From Pseudomonadota bacterium (GTDB lineage Bacteria; Pseudomonadota; Alphaproteobacteria; GCA-2746255): DNA of 64,000 bases. Position numbers and translations under genes: made by a program. Each line of letters opens with the position of its first letter. The stretch's first letter is position 1. Under the pieces are notes generated by a model. That model ran no database searches. It was not told the DNA's origin and saw only the letters and a list, made by a program, of their open reading frames with translations. Of the stretch, positions 9,756 through 19,008 are shown piece by piece. The stretch covers positions 139,626 to 203,625 of the forward strand of contig JBFMHN010000005.1 in assembly GCA_040752895.1 (NCBI GenBank), read 5' to 3'.

Positions 9756-12644
9756 ATGATCGATCTCAACGACGCGAGCGCCCCGCTACCCCGATTCGAT
9801 CTCGATGCGATCGCCGCGCGCCTGCGGGACAGCGCAGCGATCTGGGTGCCGCAGCATTTCCCGAACGGGAGGCGGGAAGGCGACGAATGGCGGCTCGCCA
9901 ACATCCGTGGCGATGCCCCGCGCAAGAACGGCTCCTGCGTCATCGCGCTCAAGGGCGAGCGTGCCGGGGACTGGATCGACTTCGACGGCGGCAGTGGCGG
10001 CGGGCCCCTGAGCACGCTTGCAGAGGCGACCGGCTATGCCGGGCACCAGCTGTTCGCCTATGCGGCCGAGCTGGCGGGCGAAGCCCCATTTGCGGCACGC
10101 CCGAGAAAGAAGGCTCCGCGCCAATCATCCGACGACCTGGCGCGCGAGATCGCCTTCATCCTGTCGGGCGCACGGCCGATCGACGGCACGCATGCGGCAG
10201 CATATCTCGCCGCCCGCGGCCTCGCGCTGCCGCCCTCGTCCGACCTCCTCTTCCATGACGATCTCGCGCACTGGGAGGCGAAGCGCGGCTTTCCCGGCAT
10301 GGTCGCCATCGTGCGCAACGCCGGTGGCGCGCAGATCGCGCTCCATCGCACCTATCTCGACCCAGAGAAGCCCGCCAAGGCCGACGTCGCGCCTGCGCGC
10401 AAGACGCTCGGGCCGGTCGGCGGCGGCGCGGTGCGGCTGGCCGAACCGCAGAATGGCCTCATCGCTCTGACGGAGGGCATCGAGACGGCGCTCGCCGTGA
10501 TGTCCGCATGCCCTGATCTGCCAGCCTGGGCGACGTTGTCCGCCTCCGGCATGGAGAGCGTCGAGCTGCCGACCGGCATCGCGCGTGCTGTGCTGCTCGC
10601 CGACCACGACGACGCCGGGCGCCGCGCAGCCGAGGCAGCCGCCGCGAAGCTTGCGATGGAGGGCCGCCAGGTCTCCATCGCGCTGCCGCCCCGCGAGGGC
10701 GACGATTTCAACGACCTGCTCCTGCGCGACGGCCCGGAAGCGGTCAGGACCGCGATCGATGCCGCCGTGGCATGGGGCGGAGACAGTCCCTTGCACGCCG
10801 GCGGCGAAGGCACTCAGCAGCTTGAAATGGACCCCGTCATCGGTGCCACGGCGCCGGAACCCGACGAGGTTGCGCGCACCGCCGCAACCTATCCGCTGCC
10901 CTTCATCGAGGGTGTCGAGCTGCGCTACTTCCGCACGCGCAAGGGCGATGTCCTCGTCCACCGCAATGCCGGCAAGGACAAGGATGGCCACACCATCTGG
11001 CGCGTGGTCGCGAGCCCCTTCGGCATCCCCGCCCGGCTGCGCTATCTCGACCAGGAGGGGACCTATGGTCTGCGCCTGCTCGTGCGCGACATGCAGGGCG
11101 AGCCGCGCGCCGTCGACTTGCCGCGCGCCGGCCTCGCCCGCCAGGGTGCGCAGGAGATACGCTCCGCCCTCTTCGCCGCGGGCCTGCGCACCTATGGCGA
11201 TGGCGACCAGGTCGCGCTGGCGGTGCTCAAGGCGGCCGATCCGCGAGACGAGATCCTCGTCGTCAGCCGGCCCGGCTGGCATCGGCTCGATGGCTGCGAC
11301 CGCCCGCTCTTCGTGACGCCGGCGGGCCGGGCGATCGGTGATGCGCCGGCCTCCACGCTGGAGCTCGTCGCCAACGCCCGCTACGACACCGTGCGCGGCA
11401 GCCTCGACGGCTGGAAGGCCGCGGCGGCCGCCGCGGCATCGGTGAAGGGCTGTCCGCACTTCCTCCTCGGCGTGCTCGCGGGATTCTGCGGTGTCGTGCA
11501 GTCGCTCGCCGGCCTCGACAGCTGCGGCATCAATCTTTCCGGCCTCTCGTCGAGCGGCAAGACCACCGCCCAGCGCCTCGCCGTGTCCGCCTGGACCTCG
11601 ACAGCCATCGGTGCCGGACTGCTCCAGTCGATGCGCTCGACCGAGAACGCCATCGAGGTCTTCGCCCAGGCGGCGAGCGGCACCGTCCTTGCCCTCGACG
11701 AGCTCGCCCATGCCGACGGCCGGGCAATCGCCAAGCTCATCTACGCCATCGCCGGCGGCCAGGGGAAGGCGCGCATGACGGCCGGCGCCATCCTCAAGCA
11801 GCGCTATGCCTGGTCGACCTATGCGCTGCTCTCCAGCGAGTGCTCCCTGGAGGAGAAGGTGCGCGCCGACGGCGCGTCCTGGATCGCCGGCATGGCGGTG
11901 CGCATCCTCGACGTCGACGTGACGGAAGTGGACCGCTCGGTGCCGGCGGCCAGGCTCAAGGCGATCGCCGACGCCGAGAGCCACTGCGGCCATGCCGGCC
12001 CCGCCTTCGTCGAGCGGCTGGTCGCGGCCAGGCTGCACCATGCGCCCGACGCGCTGCGCGACCGCATTCTCGAACAGGCGCGCGAGCTTGCAGGCGACCG
12101 TGCCGATTCCGCACGGCTCCGGGCCGCGACCTGCCTTGCTCTCCCGCTCGTCGCCGGCAGGCTCGCCCAGGACTTCGATCTGCTGCCCTGGTCGATCGAC
12201 ATCGAAGCGCCGGTCCGCTGGGCCTGGGAGCGCTTCGAGAAATCCTCCGATGCCGAGGCGCTCACCCCCGACGAGCAGGGCATCGCGAGCCTGCGCGCCT
12301 GGATCGCGGAACGCTGGGACGTCACCATCAAATCCGTCGACATCGGCGTCGAGAGCTTCGACCGCAAGCTGAACAACCGCGAGGCCGTCGCCTGGTACGA
12401 CGACGCGGCCATCTATGTGCCCGCGCAGCGCCTGCGCGAAGCAGCGGGTGAGACGCTGAAGACCCAGCAGATCGTCAAGGCGCTCGCCGACCGGGACCTG
12501 CTGGCGACGCGCCAGGATCAGCGGCGCGCCACCGTGCGGTGGGTCCCGAAGATCGGTCGCATCGACGCCTACGCGCTCAAGCGCTCCGAGTTCGGCCGCC
12601 GCTCGGCCTGGGTCGATCACGGAATGCAGGAGGACGACGCATGA
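9756..12644 (+). CDS. phage/plasmid primase: Toprim domain plus C-terminal DUF927/SF3 helicase-like NTPase
   Basis: Toprim acidic motifs (ALTEGIETALA, LLADHDDAGRRAA, EGDDFNDLL). Downstream P-loop LSGLSSSGKTTAQ. Confidence 0.65.
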   Translation: MIDLNDASAPLPRFDLDAIAARLRDSAAIWVPQHFPNGRREGDEWRLANIRGDAPRKNGSCVIALKGERAGDWIDFDGGSGGGPLSTLAEATGYAGHQLFAYAAELAGEAPFAARPRKKAPRQSSDDLAREIAFILSGARPIDGTHAAAYLAARGLALPPSSDLLFHDDLAHWEAKRGFPGMVAIVRNAGGAQIALHRTYLDPEKPAKADVAPARKTLGPVGGGAVRLAEPQNGLIALTEGIETALAVMSACPDLPAWATLSASGMESVELPTGIARAVLLADHDDAGRRAAEAAAAKLAMEGRQVSIALPPREGDDFNDLLLRDGPEAVRTAIDAAVAWGGDSPLHAGGEGTQQLEMDPVIGATAPEPDEVARTAATYPLPFIEGVELRYFRTRKGDVLVHRNAGKDKDGHTIWRVVASPFGIPARLRYLDQEGTYGLRLLVRDMQGEPRAVDLPRAGLARQGAQEIRSALFAAGLRTYGDGDQVALAVLKAADPRDEILVVSRPGWHRLDGCDRPLFVTPAGRAIGDAPASTLELVANARYDTVRGSLDGWKAAAAAAASVKGCPHFLLGVLAGFCGVVQSLAGLDSCGINLSGLSSSGKTTAQRLAVSAWTSTAIGAGLLQSMRSTENAIEVFAQAASGTVLALDELAHADGRAIAKLIYAIAGGQGKARMTAGAILKQRYAWSTYALLSSECSLEEKVRADGASWIAGMAVRILDVDVTEVDRSVPAARLKAIADAESHCGHAGPAFVERLVAARLHHAPDALRDRILEQARELAGDRADSARLRAATCLALPLVAGRLAQDFDLLPWSIDIEAPVRWAWERFEKSSDAEALTPDEQGIASLRAWIAERWDVTIKSVDIGVESFDRKLNNREAVAWYDDAAIYVPAQRLREAAGETLKTQQIVKALADRDLLATRQDQRRATVRWVPKIGRIDAYALKRSEFGRRSAWVDHGMQEDDA

Positions 12645-12659
12645 CGGTGCGCGCCCATC

Positions 12660-13110
12660 CGTGCGCGCGCGCTGTGGCAACTGTGGCCAGTGTGGCCACG
12701 CCTAGGCGTGTGGCCATTGTGGCACCTGTGGCCAGTGCCGCCTCCCTCGATCATGTGGCCACTGTGGCACCTGTGGCCACTCCGCCCGCAGCGGCCGCCC
12801 GAGCAGGCATTTCAGTGGCCACAGTTGCCACACGGAATATCGCTGTGGCCACTGCTAACGCGTTGATGAACAAGGGCAGTTGCCACACTTTCCACAGTGG
12901 CCACAGCCGGGGGACAGATATAGGGGAAGAGAGGGTATTCCGTTCTTGCGGGAAGGTGCGGAGGGGTCGCGCGTCAATTTTATCTCTAGGAAGTGGAAAG
13001 TGTGGCAACTGTGGCCACTCGCCTTTGTCTTCAAGGGCTTATCAGTGGCCACATGAAATTCCGATGTGGCAACTGTGGCCACTGGCGAAGATCGCCCGCC
13101 CTTCCAAACA
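12660..13110. repeat. iteron-like array: at least 12 copies of TGTGGCCAC / TGTGGCAACTGTGGCCAC (palindromic core GTGGCCAC)
   Basis: Seen directly, e.g. ctgtggcaactgtggccagtgtggccac, catgtggccactgtggcacctgtggccac, and gatgtggcaactgtggccactgg on both sides of a less repetitive spacer. Irregular spacing, both orientations. Immediately downstream of the primase gene. Confidence 0.8.
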
Positions 13111-13345
13111 TCTCCGCCGTCGCCGGTCATCGACGCTGACCCTTGTGGCGACGAGCGCGCCGCGACGGCAGCGAGGCCGCGATCCTCCTGCCGATCGGTG
13201 ATCCCGAGCCGAGCGGACGACGACGGCCAGCTCCGCCAAGAACCAGACCGTCGCCGTCCTGACCACAACGATCCCGATCACGGAGACCATCATGGCTTCG
13301 ACGACTCTGACCGCGGCGTGTGCGGATGCAAGCCTGCCGGCGGTC

Positions 13346-13828
13346 GGCATGGCGCCGCCGCTCAGCGCCATCCTCTCTCTCGACCTCGGCACCACCATGG
13401 GGTGGGCCGTGCGCATGGCCGACGGAGCCATTCACAGTGGCGCCGTCTCCTTCCGCCCGAGCCGCTATGACGGCGGTGGCATGCGCTACCTGCGCTTCCG
13501 CAGCTGGCTCGACAGCCTTGCCGCCGATGCCGGTGGTCCCGGCGCGGTCTACTTCGAGGAAGTCCGGCGGCATGTCGGAACCGATGCGGCGCATCTCTAT
13601 GGCGGCTTTCTGGCGACACTGACCGCGTGGTGCGAGCAGAGGGGCGTTGCCTACGAGGGTGTGCCCGTCGGCACCATCAAGCGCCACGTCACCGGCAAGG
13701 GCAACGCGGACAAGGCGGCGGTGCTGGCCGCCGTCCGCGCACGCGGCTTTGCGCCCGCCGACGACAACGAGGCCGACGCCATCGCCATCCTGCTCTGGGC
13801 GATCGAGACGGGCGGAGGCGTGCGATGA
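13346..13828 (+). CDS. RuvC-like Holliday junction resolvase (phage-type)
   Basis: ILSLDLGTTMGWAV near the N-terminus and C-terminal DNEADAIAILLWA, the typical RuvC catalytic acidic residues. Confidence 0.6.
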   Translation, partial: GMAPPLSAILSLDLGTTMGWAVRMADGAIHSGAVSFRPSRYDGGGMRYLRFRSWLDSLAADAGGPGAVYFEEVRRHVGTDAAHLYGGFLATLTAWCEQRGVAYEGVPVGTIKRHVTGKGNADKAAVLAAVRARGFAPADDNEADAIAILLWAIETGGGVR

Positions 13829-14082
13829 CCGCCGAGATGCTGCTGAAGCACGCGGCCGCGGTGGTCGCCAATCGGCGTGAGACCTACGGCTGTCCCCGCA
13901 CCAGCATGGAAGCGATCGCGAAGCGCTGGTCGCTCAGTCTCGGGCACACCGTGACGCCGGCTCAGGTGGCGCTCTGCCTCATCGAGCTGAAGCTCGCGCG
14001 CCTCGCGCACGATCCGGCGCACCTCGACAGCATGGTCGATGTCGCCGGCTATGCCGCCGTCCTGCGAGAGGTGGCGCGGTGA
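13825..14082 (+). CDS. hypothetical phage protein
   Basis: Internal ATG of ORF 13627-14082 forming an ATGA overlap with the resolvase stop. Confidence 0.4.
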   Translation: MTAEMLLKHAAAVVANRRETYGCPRTSMEAIAKRWSLSLGHTVTPAQVALCLIELKLARLAHDPAHLDSMVDVAGYAAVLREVAR

Positions 14083-14276
14083 GGTGGTTCCCGAAGGGCT
14101 ATGGCGGCGAGCGCCGATCCGCCGAGGAGATCAAGCGCGAGGGCTGGCGCGAGCAAGGCCTGCTGGTGGTGAGCGCCGAGGACCAACGGCTCACCTGGCC
14201 CGAGCGCGAGCTCATCCGCCAGCTCGGCGAGAAGCTCTATGGCCGGCGCGCATCCCAGGAGGCGCGCCATGGCTGA
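14079..14276 (+). CDS. hypothetical small phage protein
   Basis: 65 aa ORF chained by overlapping stop/start. Confidence 0.3.
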   Translation: MRWFPKGYGGERRSAEEIKREGWREQGLLVVSAEDQRLTWPERELIRQLGEKLYGRRASQEARHG

Positions 14277-14709
14277 GACGCACTGGACGCCGTCGCTGGT
14301 CGAGGAGCGGCTCGCCGAGGCGGCAAGCGTGCTCAAGCGGCTGCCCGAGCCGAAGTTGCAGGGCTATTACAATCTCTGGCCACGGATCATCTACGAGTTC
14401 AGCGATCTGGTGGGACAGGAGCCCAGGCCGATGCGTGTGCTGCCGTCCCCCGCAGCGATCAGCCGCATGGAGGAGACGCTGACCTGGACCGTCGGGCTCG
14501 CCCCCGTCGACGGCAAGATCGTCTGGATGCGCGCCTTCGGCGAGCGCTGGAAGACCATCTGCTGGACGGTGGGGCTGCAGCGCTCCGCCGCCCACGAGCA
14601 CTGGCACTATGCGCTCTGTGTCATTGCCTGGCGGCTTAATGGGCGGCGGCTCAATCGTAATCATTCGCGGCGCAAAGTGATCGAGATGACCGGAGCGGCG
14701 AAGTCTTGA
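14269..14709 (+). CDS. hypothetical phage protein
   Basis: ORF with overlapping start. Followed by a hairpin terminator. Confidence 0.4.
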   Translation: MAETHWTPSLVEERLAEAASVLKRLPEPKLQGYYNLWPRIIYEFSDLVGQEPRPMRVLPSPAAISRMEETLTWTVGLAPVDGKIVWMRAFGERWKTICWTVGLQRSAAHEHWHYALCVIAWRLNGRRLNRNHSRRKVIEMTGAAKS

Positions 14710-14721
14710 GAAGCAAAGAGA

Positions 14722-14745
14722 AAGGTGTCCGGCGGACACTTTTCG
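14722..14745 (+). terminator. rho-independent terminator candidate
   Basis: GTGTCCGgcGGACAC stem followed by TTTTCG. Confidence 0.5.
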
Positions 14746-14879
14746 CTCGGACAAAATCGGTCGGATCGGCGTAGATTTCGGTCATGCTCAGGTGAGCCGC
14801 GCGCGGACGCCGCCGATCGGCGCCGAGCACGGGTCCTCCCTGGCCGAGAGCGTATGCTGGCGGCAATGGCCCGGAAGTT

Positions 14880-15050
14880 CGCCACCGCCAGCGGCGGAAT
14901 CTGAGTTACCAGTTACCACCGAGCCGGCCGCCCGTCGCACGAATTAAGCCCGTGTTCGCGCGGGCTTGGCGCGCCTCCCGAATGGGAGCCGCGCCCCGGT
15001 AACCGTCCCCGGCAGTTACCACCCTCCGGTTACCACCCTGTCCTTCCGGA
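14880..15050. promoter_or_regulatory. cluster of five GTTACC(ACC) / GGTAACC repeats upstream of the methyltransferase genes
   Basis: gagttaccagttaccaccgag ... ccggtaaccgtcc ... cagttaccaccctccggttaccaccctg, all within ~150 bp before the first ParB-MTase start. Confidence 0.45.
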
Positions 15051-15061
15051 TTCCGAGGTCC

Positions 15062-16471
15062 ATGTCGCCACGGCTGCCCGACAGCGTCGAGCATTGGCCG
15101 CTCGACCGGCTGCGCGCCTACGCACGCAACCCGCGCACGCACTCGGACGAGCAGGTGGCGCAGATCGCAGCGAGCATCGTCGAGTTCGGCTGGACCAGCC
15201 CGGTGCTGGTCGCGGGCGACGGCACGGTGATCGCCGGGCACGGCCGCCTCGAGGCAGCCCGCCGTCTCGGGCTCGATGCCGTGCCGGTCGTGGTGCTCGA
15301 CCACCTGAGCGAGGCGCAGCGCCGGGCCTACGTGATCGCGGACAACAAGCTGGCGCTCAACGCCGGCTGGAACGAGGAGCTGCTCGCCGCCGAGCTGCAT
15401 GCATTGAACGGCGAAGGCTTCGACTTGGCGCTCACCGGCTTCGACGAGGCCGAGCTCGACCGGCTGATGGCGCCGCTCGACGACACGGAGGCGATGTCGC
15501 CGGGTGGCGACACTGGCGAGAACGGCGACGCCGCGGACGAAGCGCCCGAGCCTCCGCGCAATCCGGTCACCCGGCCGGGCGATCGCTGGCAGCTCGGCGA
15601 TCACTGGCTGCTCTGCGGCGACAGCACCGATGCTGCCGTTGTCGCACGCGTGATGAATGGCGAGCGCGCGTCGCTGCTGTTTACCAGTCCGCCCTACGGC
15701 AACCAGCGGAATTACACGACTGGCGGGATCGGCGACTGGGATGCGCTGATGCGCGGCGTCTTCTGCCACCTCGATGAGGCGATGGCGGAAGACGGCCAGG
15801 TGCTCGTCAATCTCGGCCTCGTCCATCGCGACAACGAGTGGCAACCTTATTGGGAAGCCTGGCTCGCCTGGATGCGAGCCCAGGGCTGGCGGCGCTTCGG
15901 CCTTTACGTCTGGGACCAGGGGCCTGGACTTCCCGGAGACTGGAACGGCCGGCTCGCGCCCTCATTCGAGCTGCTATTCCACCTCAACCGCCTAGCGCGC
16001 AAGCCGAACAAGATCGTGCCCTGCAAGTGGGCCGGGCACATCAACGACAGCCACGGCGGCATGCGGGGCAAGGACGGCACCGTGGGCGAGTGGACTCATG
16101 CCGGCCAGGGCGTCCAGGAGACGCGCATCCCCGACAACGTCCTGCGCATCACGCGGCACAAGGCGCGCGGCATCGAGACCGAGCACCCGGCGGTGTTTCC
16201 GGTGGCGCTGCCCGAGTTTGTCATGAGCACCTATTCGGCAGCGGGTGACGTGGTGTTCGAGCCCTTCGCGGGATCCGGCACCACGTTGATCGCTGGCGAG
16301 CGCACCGGACGGAATGTGAGAGCGATCGAACTCGCGCCCGAGTATGTGGACGTCGCGCTCCTACGCTGGCGCCAGCTGTTTCCCGGAACCGAAGCCGTTC
16401 TCGACGGGGACGGCCGGACCTTCGAAGCGATCGCCACCGAGCGTGGCATCGACCTTCACGATGCGGTCTGA
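15062..16471 (+). CDS. ParB-like nuclease domain fused to N6/N4 DNA methyltransferase (paralog 1)
   Basis: N-terminal ParB-N motifs (VLVAGDGTVIAGHGRLEAARRLG). MTase motif IV SPPY (LLFTSPPYGNQ) precedes motif I FEPFAGSGTT. Confidence 0.75.
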   Translation: MSPRLPDSVEHWPLDRLRAYARNPRTHSDEQVAQIAASIVEFGWTSPVLVAGDGTVIAGHGRLEAARRLGLDAVPVVVLDHLSEAQRRAYVIADNKLALNAGWNEELLAAELHALNGEGFDLALTGFDEAELDRLMAPLDDTEAMSPGGDTGENGDAADEAPEPPRNPVTRPGDRWQLGDHWLLCGDSTDAAVVARVMNGERASLLFTSPPYGNQRNYTTGGIGDWDALMRGVFCHLDEAMAEDGQVLVNLGLVHRDNEWQPYWEAWLAWMRAQGWRRFGLYVWDQGPGLPGDWNGRLAPSFELLFHLNRLARKPNKIVPCKWAGHINDSHGGMRGKDGTVGEWTHAGQGVQETRIPDNVLRITRHKARGIETEHPAVFPVALPEFVMSTYSAAGDVVFEPFAGSGTTLIAGERTGRNVRAIELAPEYVDVALLRWRQLFPGTEAVLDGDGRTFEAIATERGIDLHDAV

Positions 16472-17714
16472 TCATCTGCAGGTCGAGCAGTGGCCGATCG
16501 AGCGGCTCCTGCCCTATGCGGCGAACGCCCGGACCCATCCGGAGGACCAGGTCGCCCAGATCGCCGGATCGATCGCGGAGTTCGGCTTCAACGTCCCGTG
16601 CCTCGTGGACGAGCGCGGCGTGCTGGTGGCCGGCCACGGCCGCTTGCTGGCGGCCCGGCGCCTCGGTCTGGCGGAGGTGCCGGTCATCCGGCTCGGCCAT
16701 CTGACCGACGCCCAGGCGCGCGCCTTCCGGATCGCGGACAACCAGATCGCGCTCAACGCCGGCTGGGACGACTCCCTGCTCGCGGCCGAGCTCGCGCGCC
16801 TGAAGGAGGACGGGGTTGACCTCGATGTCCTCGGCTTCGGCGAGGACGAGCTCGACCGCCTGTTCGATGACCTGAACGGGACCAATGGCGCGACGGAGGG
16901 CGAGGACGCCGTCCCGGAGCCGCCTGTGGAACCCGTCACACGCCCGGGCGACCTCTGGCTGCTTGGCGCGCATCGCCTGCTCTGCGGCGACGCCACCAGC
17001 GCCAGCGACGTCGAGAGGCTGCTCGCCGGAGCGGTCCCGCATCTGATGGTGACGGACCCGCCCTACGGGGTCGAGTACGATCCCTCCTGGCGCAACGAGG
17101 CCGGCGTGTCGGCGACCGCGCGCACCGGCCGCGTCTCGAACGACGACCGTGCCGACTGGCGCCAGGCCTGGGCGCTGTTCCCGGGCGACGTCGCCTATGT
17201 CTGGCACGCGGGCGTCCATGCGCGCACCGTCGCCGAGAGTCTGGAGGCGAGCGCGCTGATGATCCGCTCGCAGATCATCTGGGCGAAACCGCGCTTCGTG
17301 CTCGGGCGCGGCGACTACCATTGGCAGCACGAGCCGTGCTTCTACGCGGTCCGCAAGGGCGCGAACGGACACTGGCAGGGTGCGCGCGACCAGTCGACGC
17401 TGTGGACAATCGGCAGCGGCGGCGATGAGGACGAAGCGACGACACACGGCACGCAGAAGCCGGTCGAGTGCATGCGCCGGCCGATCGTCAACAACAGCAG
17501 GCGCGGCGATCTCGTCTACGAGCCCTTCGCCGGCAGCGGCTCGACCATCGTCGCAGCCCAGAGCACGGGGCGCGCCTGTCTCGCGCTGGAGGTCGACCCA
17601 CGCTACTGCGACGTGATCGTCGAGCGGTGGCAGGCGTTCACGGGGTCGCCCGCGATCCTCGATGGCGGTGAGCGGACCTTTGCGGACGTGAAGGACGAGC
17701 GGGCAGCGGCATGA
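16461..17714 (+). CDS. ParB-like nuclease domain fused to N6/N4 DNA methyltransferase (paralog 2)
   Basis: Same architecture: ParB-N (LVAGHGRLLAARRLG), DPPY (MVTDPPYGVEYD), then YEPFAGSGST. Start overlaps the end of paralog 1. Confidence 0.75.
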   Translation: MRSDHLQVEQWPIERLLPYAANARTHPEDQVAQIAGSIAEFGFNVPCLVDERGVLVAGHGRLLAARRLGLAEVPVIRLGHLTDAQARAFRIADNQIALNAGWDDSLLAAELARLKEDGVDLDVLGFGEDELDRLFDDLNGTNGATEGEDAVPEPPVEPVTRPGDLWLLGAHRLLCGDATSASDVERLLAGAVPHLMVTDPPYGVEYDPSWRNEAGVSATARTGRVSNDDRADWRQAWALFPGDVAYVWHAGVHARTVAESLEASALMIRSQIIWAKPRFVLGRGDYHWQHEPCFYAVRKGANGHWQGARDQSTLWTIGSGGDEDEATTHGTQKPVECMRRPIVNNSRRGDLVYEPFAGSGSTIVAAQSTGRACLALEVDPRYCDVIVERWQAFTGSPAILDGGERTFADVKDERAAA

Positions 17715-17926
17715 AGCAATCGAGAGCCATGTCGCTGGTCGAGGCGATCGCCAACGTGGGGGTCGGCTTCGGTGCGGCGGTGCTGGCCCAGGTCGTGGTG
17801 TTCCCGCTGTTCGGGCTCGACGTGCCGTTCGCGGACAATCTGCTGATCGGCGTGATCTTCACGAGCATGTCGATCGTGCGCTCCTACGCGCTGCGCCGGC
17901 TGTTCGAGGCCCTGCGGCGGGCATGA
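17711..17926 (+). CDS. small membrane protein (two predicted TM helices)
   Basis: 71 aa, hydrophobic stretches VGVGFGAAVLAQVVVFPLF and LLIGVIFTSMSIV. Start overlaps the stop of paralog 2. Confidence 0.4.
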   Translation: MKQSRAMSLVEAIANVGVGFGAAVLAQVVVFPLFGLDVPFADNLLIGVIFTSMSIVRSYALRRLFEALRRA

Positions 17927-18011
17927 CCGGCGCGCCCGCGCCCCGTCCCCCCGGATCATCAAATGATCCGGCCGGGCCGGAAAAAAGCAATCAGATTAAT
18001 CGCTTAACCGC

Positions 18012-18428
18012 TTGGCTCCGGGCCGAAGCAGCGCCTCTATGGCGGCACAGACGATGGAGACCGCCACGAACACCATCCTTCAGACCGCCAACCCCGACTG
18101 GGGCTTCTTCGGGACCATCCGCCACCACGCCCGGCCGGAGGAGGCCTGGCCGCTCGCGATGTCGGCGATCGCCGCCGCGACAGGCTGCCCCGAAACCGCC
18201 GTACGCGACTTCCTCGACAGCCGCCACGGCCGCCACTTCGCCGACGACGCCGCCAACGGACTCTTCAAGGGCCTCGATCTGAAAGCCGCCATCGAGGCCG
18301 CGGTGGACCGCTGGATGGGCTGGACCATCGGCCGCCGCACCGAGCGCGAATACGGCATCCCGCGCGGGCTGCCCTACCTCACGGGCTTCGTCACCCACTG
18401 CGAGATCGTGGCCGATGCCTCCGCCTGA
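18012..18428 (+). CDS. hypothetical protein
   Basis: ORF only. Start ambiguous (alternative ATG at ~18039). Confidence 0.3.
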   Translation: MAPGRSSASMAAQTMETATNTILQTANPDWGFFGTIRHHARPEEAWPLAMSAIAAATGCPETAVRDFLDSRHGRHFADDAANGLFKGLDLKAAIEAAVDRWMGWTIGRRTEREYGIPRGLPYLTGFVTHCEIVADASA

Positions 18429-18527
18429 TCGAGCCGCCTCGCCCTCAGCCCCGTGCCGCATTGCGGCCGGGGCTCGGGGTGGTAGAAGCGCCGCGATGGT
18501 CGCGGCGCCCTGCCCAAGGAGGCACCG

Positions 18528-18998
18528 ATGACCAAGACCGAGCTTTCACCCACCCAGCAGTCGCTCCTGAAGTCCGCCGCCGGCTGCGAGGACCGCGCCA
18601 TCCGCTGGCCCGACAATCTCCGGGGCGGCGCGCGCACGAAGATCATCACGGCGCTCGTCGAGGCGGGATTCGCGGAGAACCGGAAGGGCACGCTGGTCGT
18701 GACGGACGCCGGCATGCGCGCCGTCGACGTCGCCCCCGAGGCTGCACCCAAGCGCGCCCCGCACACGAAGGCCGCCGGGGCCCCGCGCAAGATGCGCGAG
18801 GGCAGCAAGCAGGCGCGCCTGATCGAGATGCTGAAGCGCAAGGAGGGCGCGAGCATCGAGGAGATCGTCGAGGCCTTCGGCTGGCAGCCGCACACCGTGC
18901 GCGGCGCCATCGCCGGCGCGCTCAAGAAGAAGCTTGGCCTGACCGTCACGTCCGAGAAGGTGGATGGCCGCGGCCGCGTGTACCGGATCGAGGCGTGA
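18528..18998 (+). CDS. DUF3489-like protein
   Basis: C-terminal LIEMLKRKEGASIEEIVEAFGWQPHTVRGAIAG matches the DUF3489 signature common in alphaproteobacteria. Confidence 0.5.
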   Translation: MTKTELSPTQQSLLKSAAGCEDRAIRWPDNLRGGARTKIITALVEAGFAENRKGTLVVTDAGMRAVDVAPEAAPKRAPHTKAAGAPRKMREGSKQARLIEMLKRKEGASIEEIVEAFGWQPHTVRGAIAGALKKKLGLTVTSEKVDGRGRVYRIEA

Positions 18999-19008
18999 GG
19001 AGGCGCCG

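Noticed and set aside
10125-12680. 851 aa minus-strand ORF
   Set aside because: Antisense to the primase gene, which has clear Toprim and P-loop motifs.
12539-13268. ORFs 12539-13201 (+) and 12855-13268 (-) spanning the repeat array, translating to VATVA/CGNCG repeats
   Set aside because: Their periodic amino-acid repeats simply mirror the DNA iterons. Also considered and rejected as a CRISPR array: repeats are short, in both orientations, irregularly spaced and without uniform spacers.
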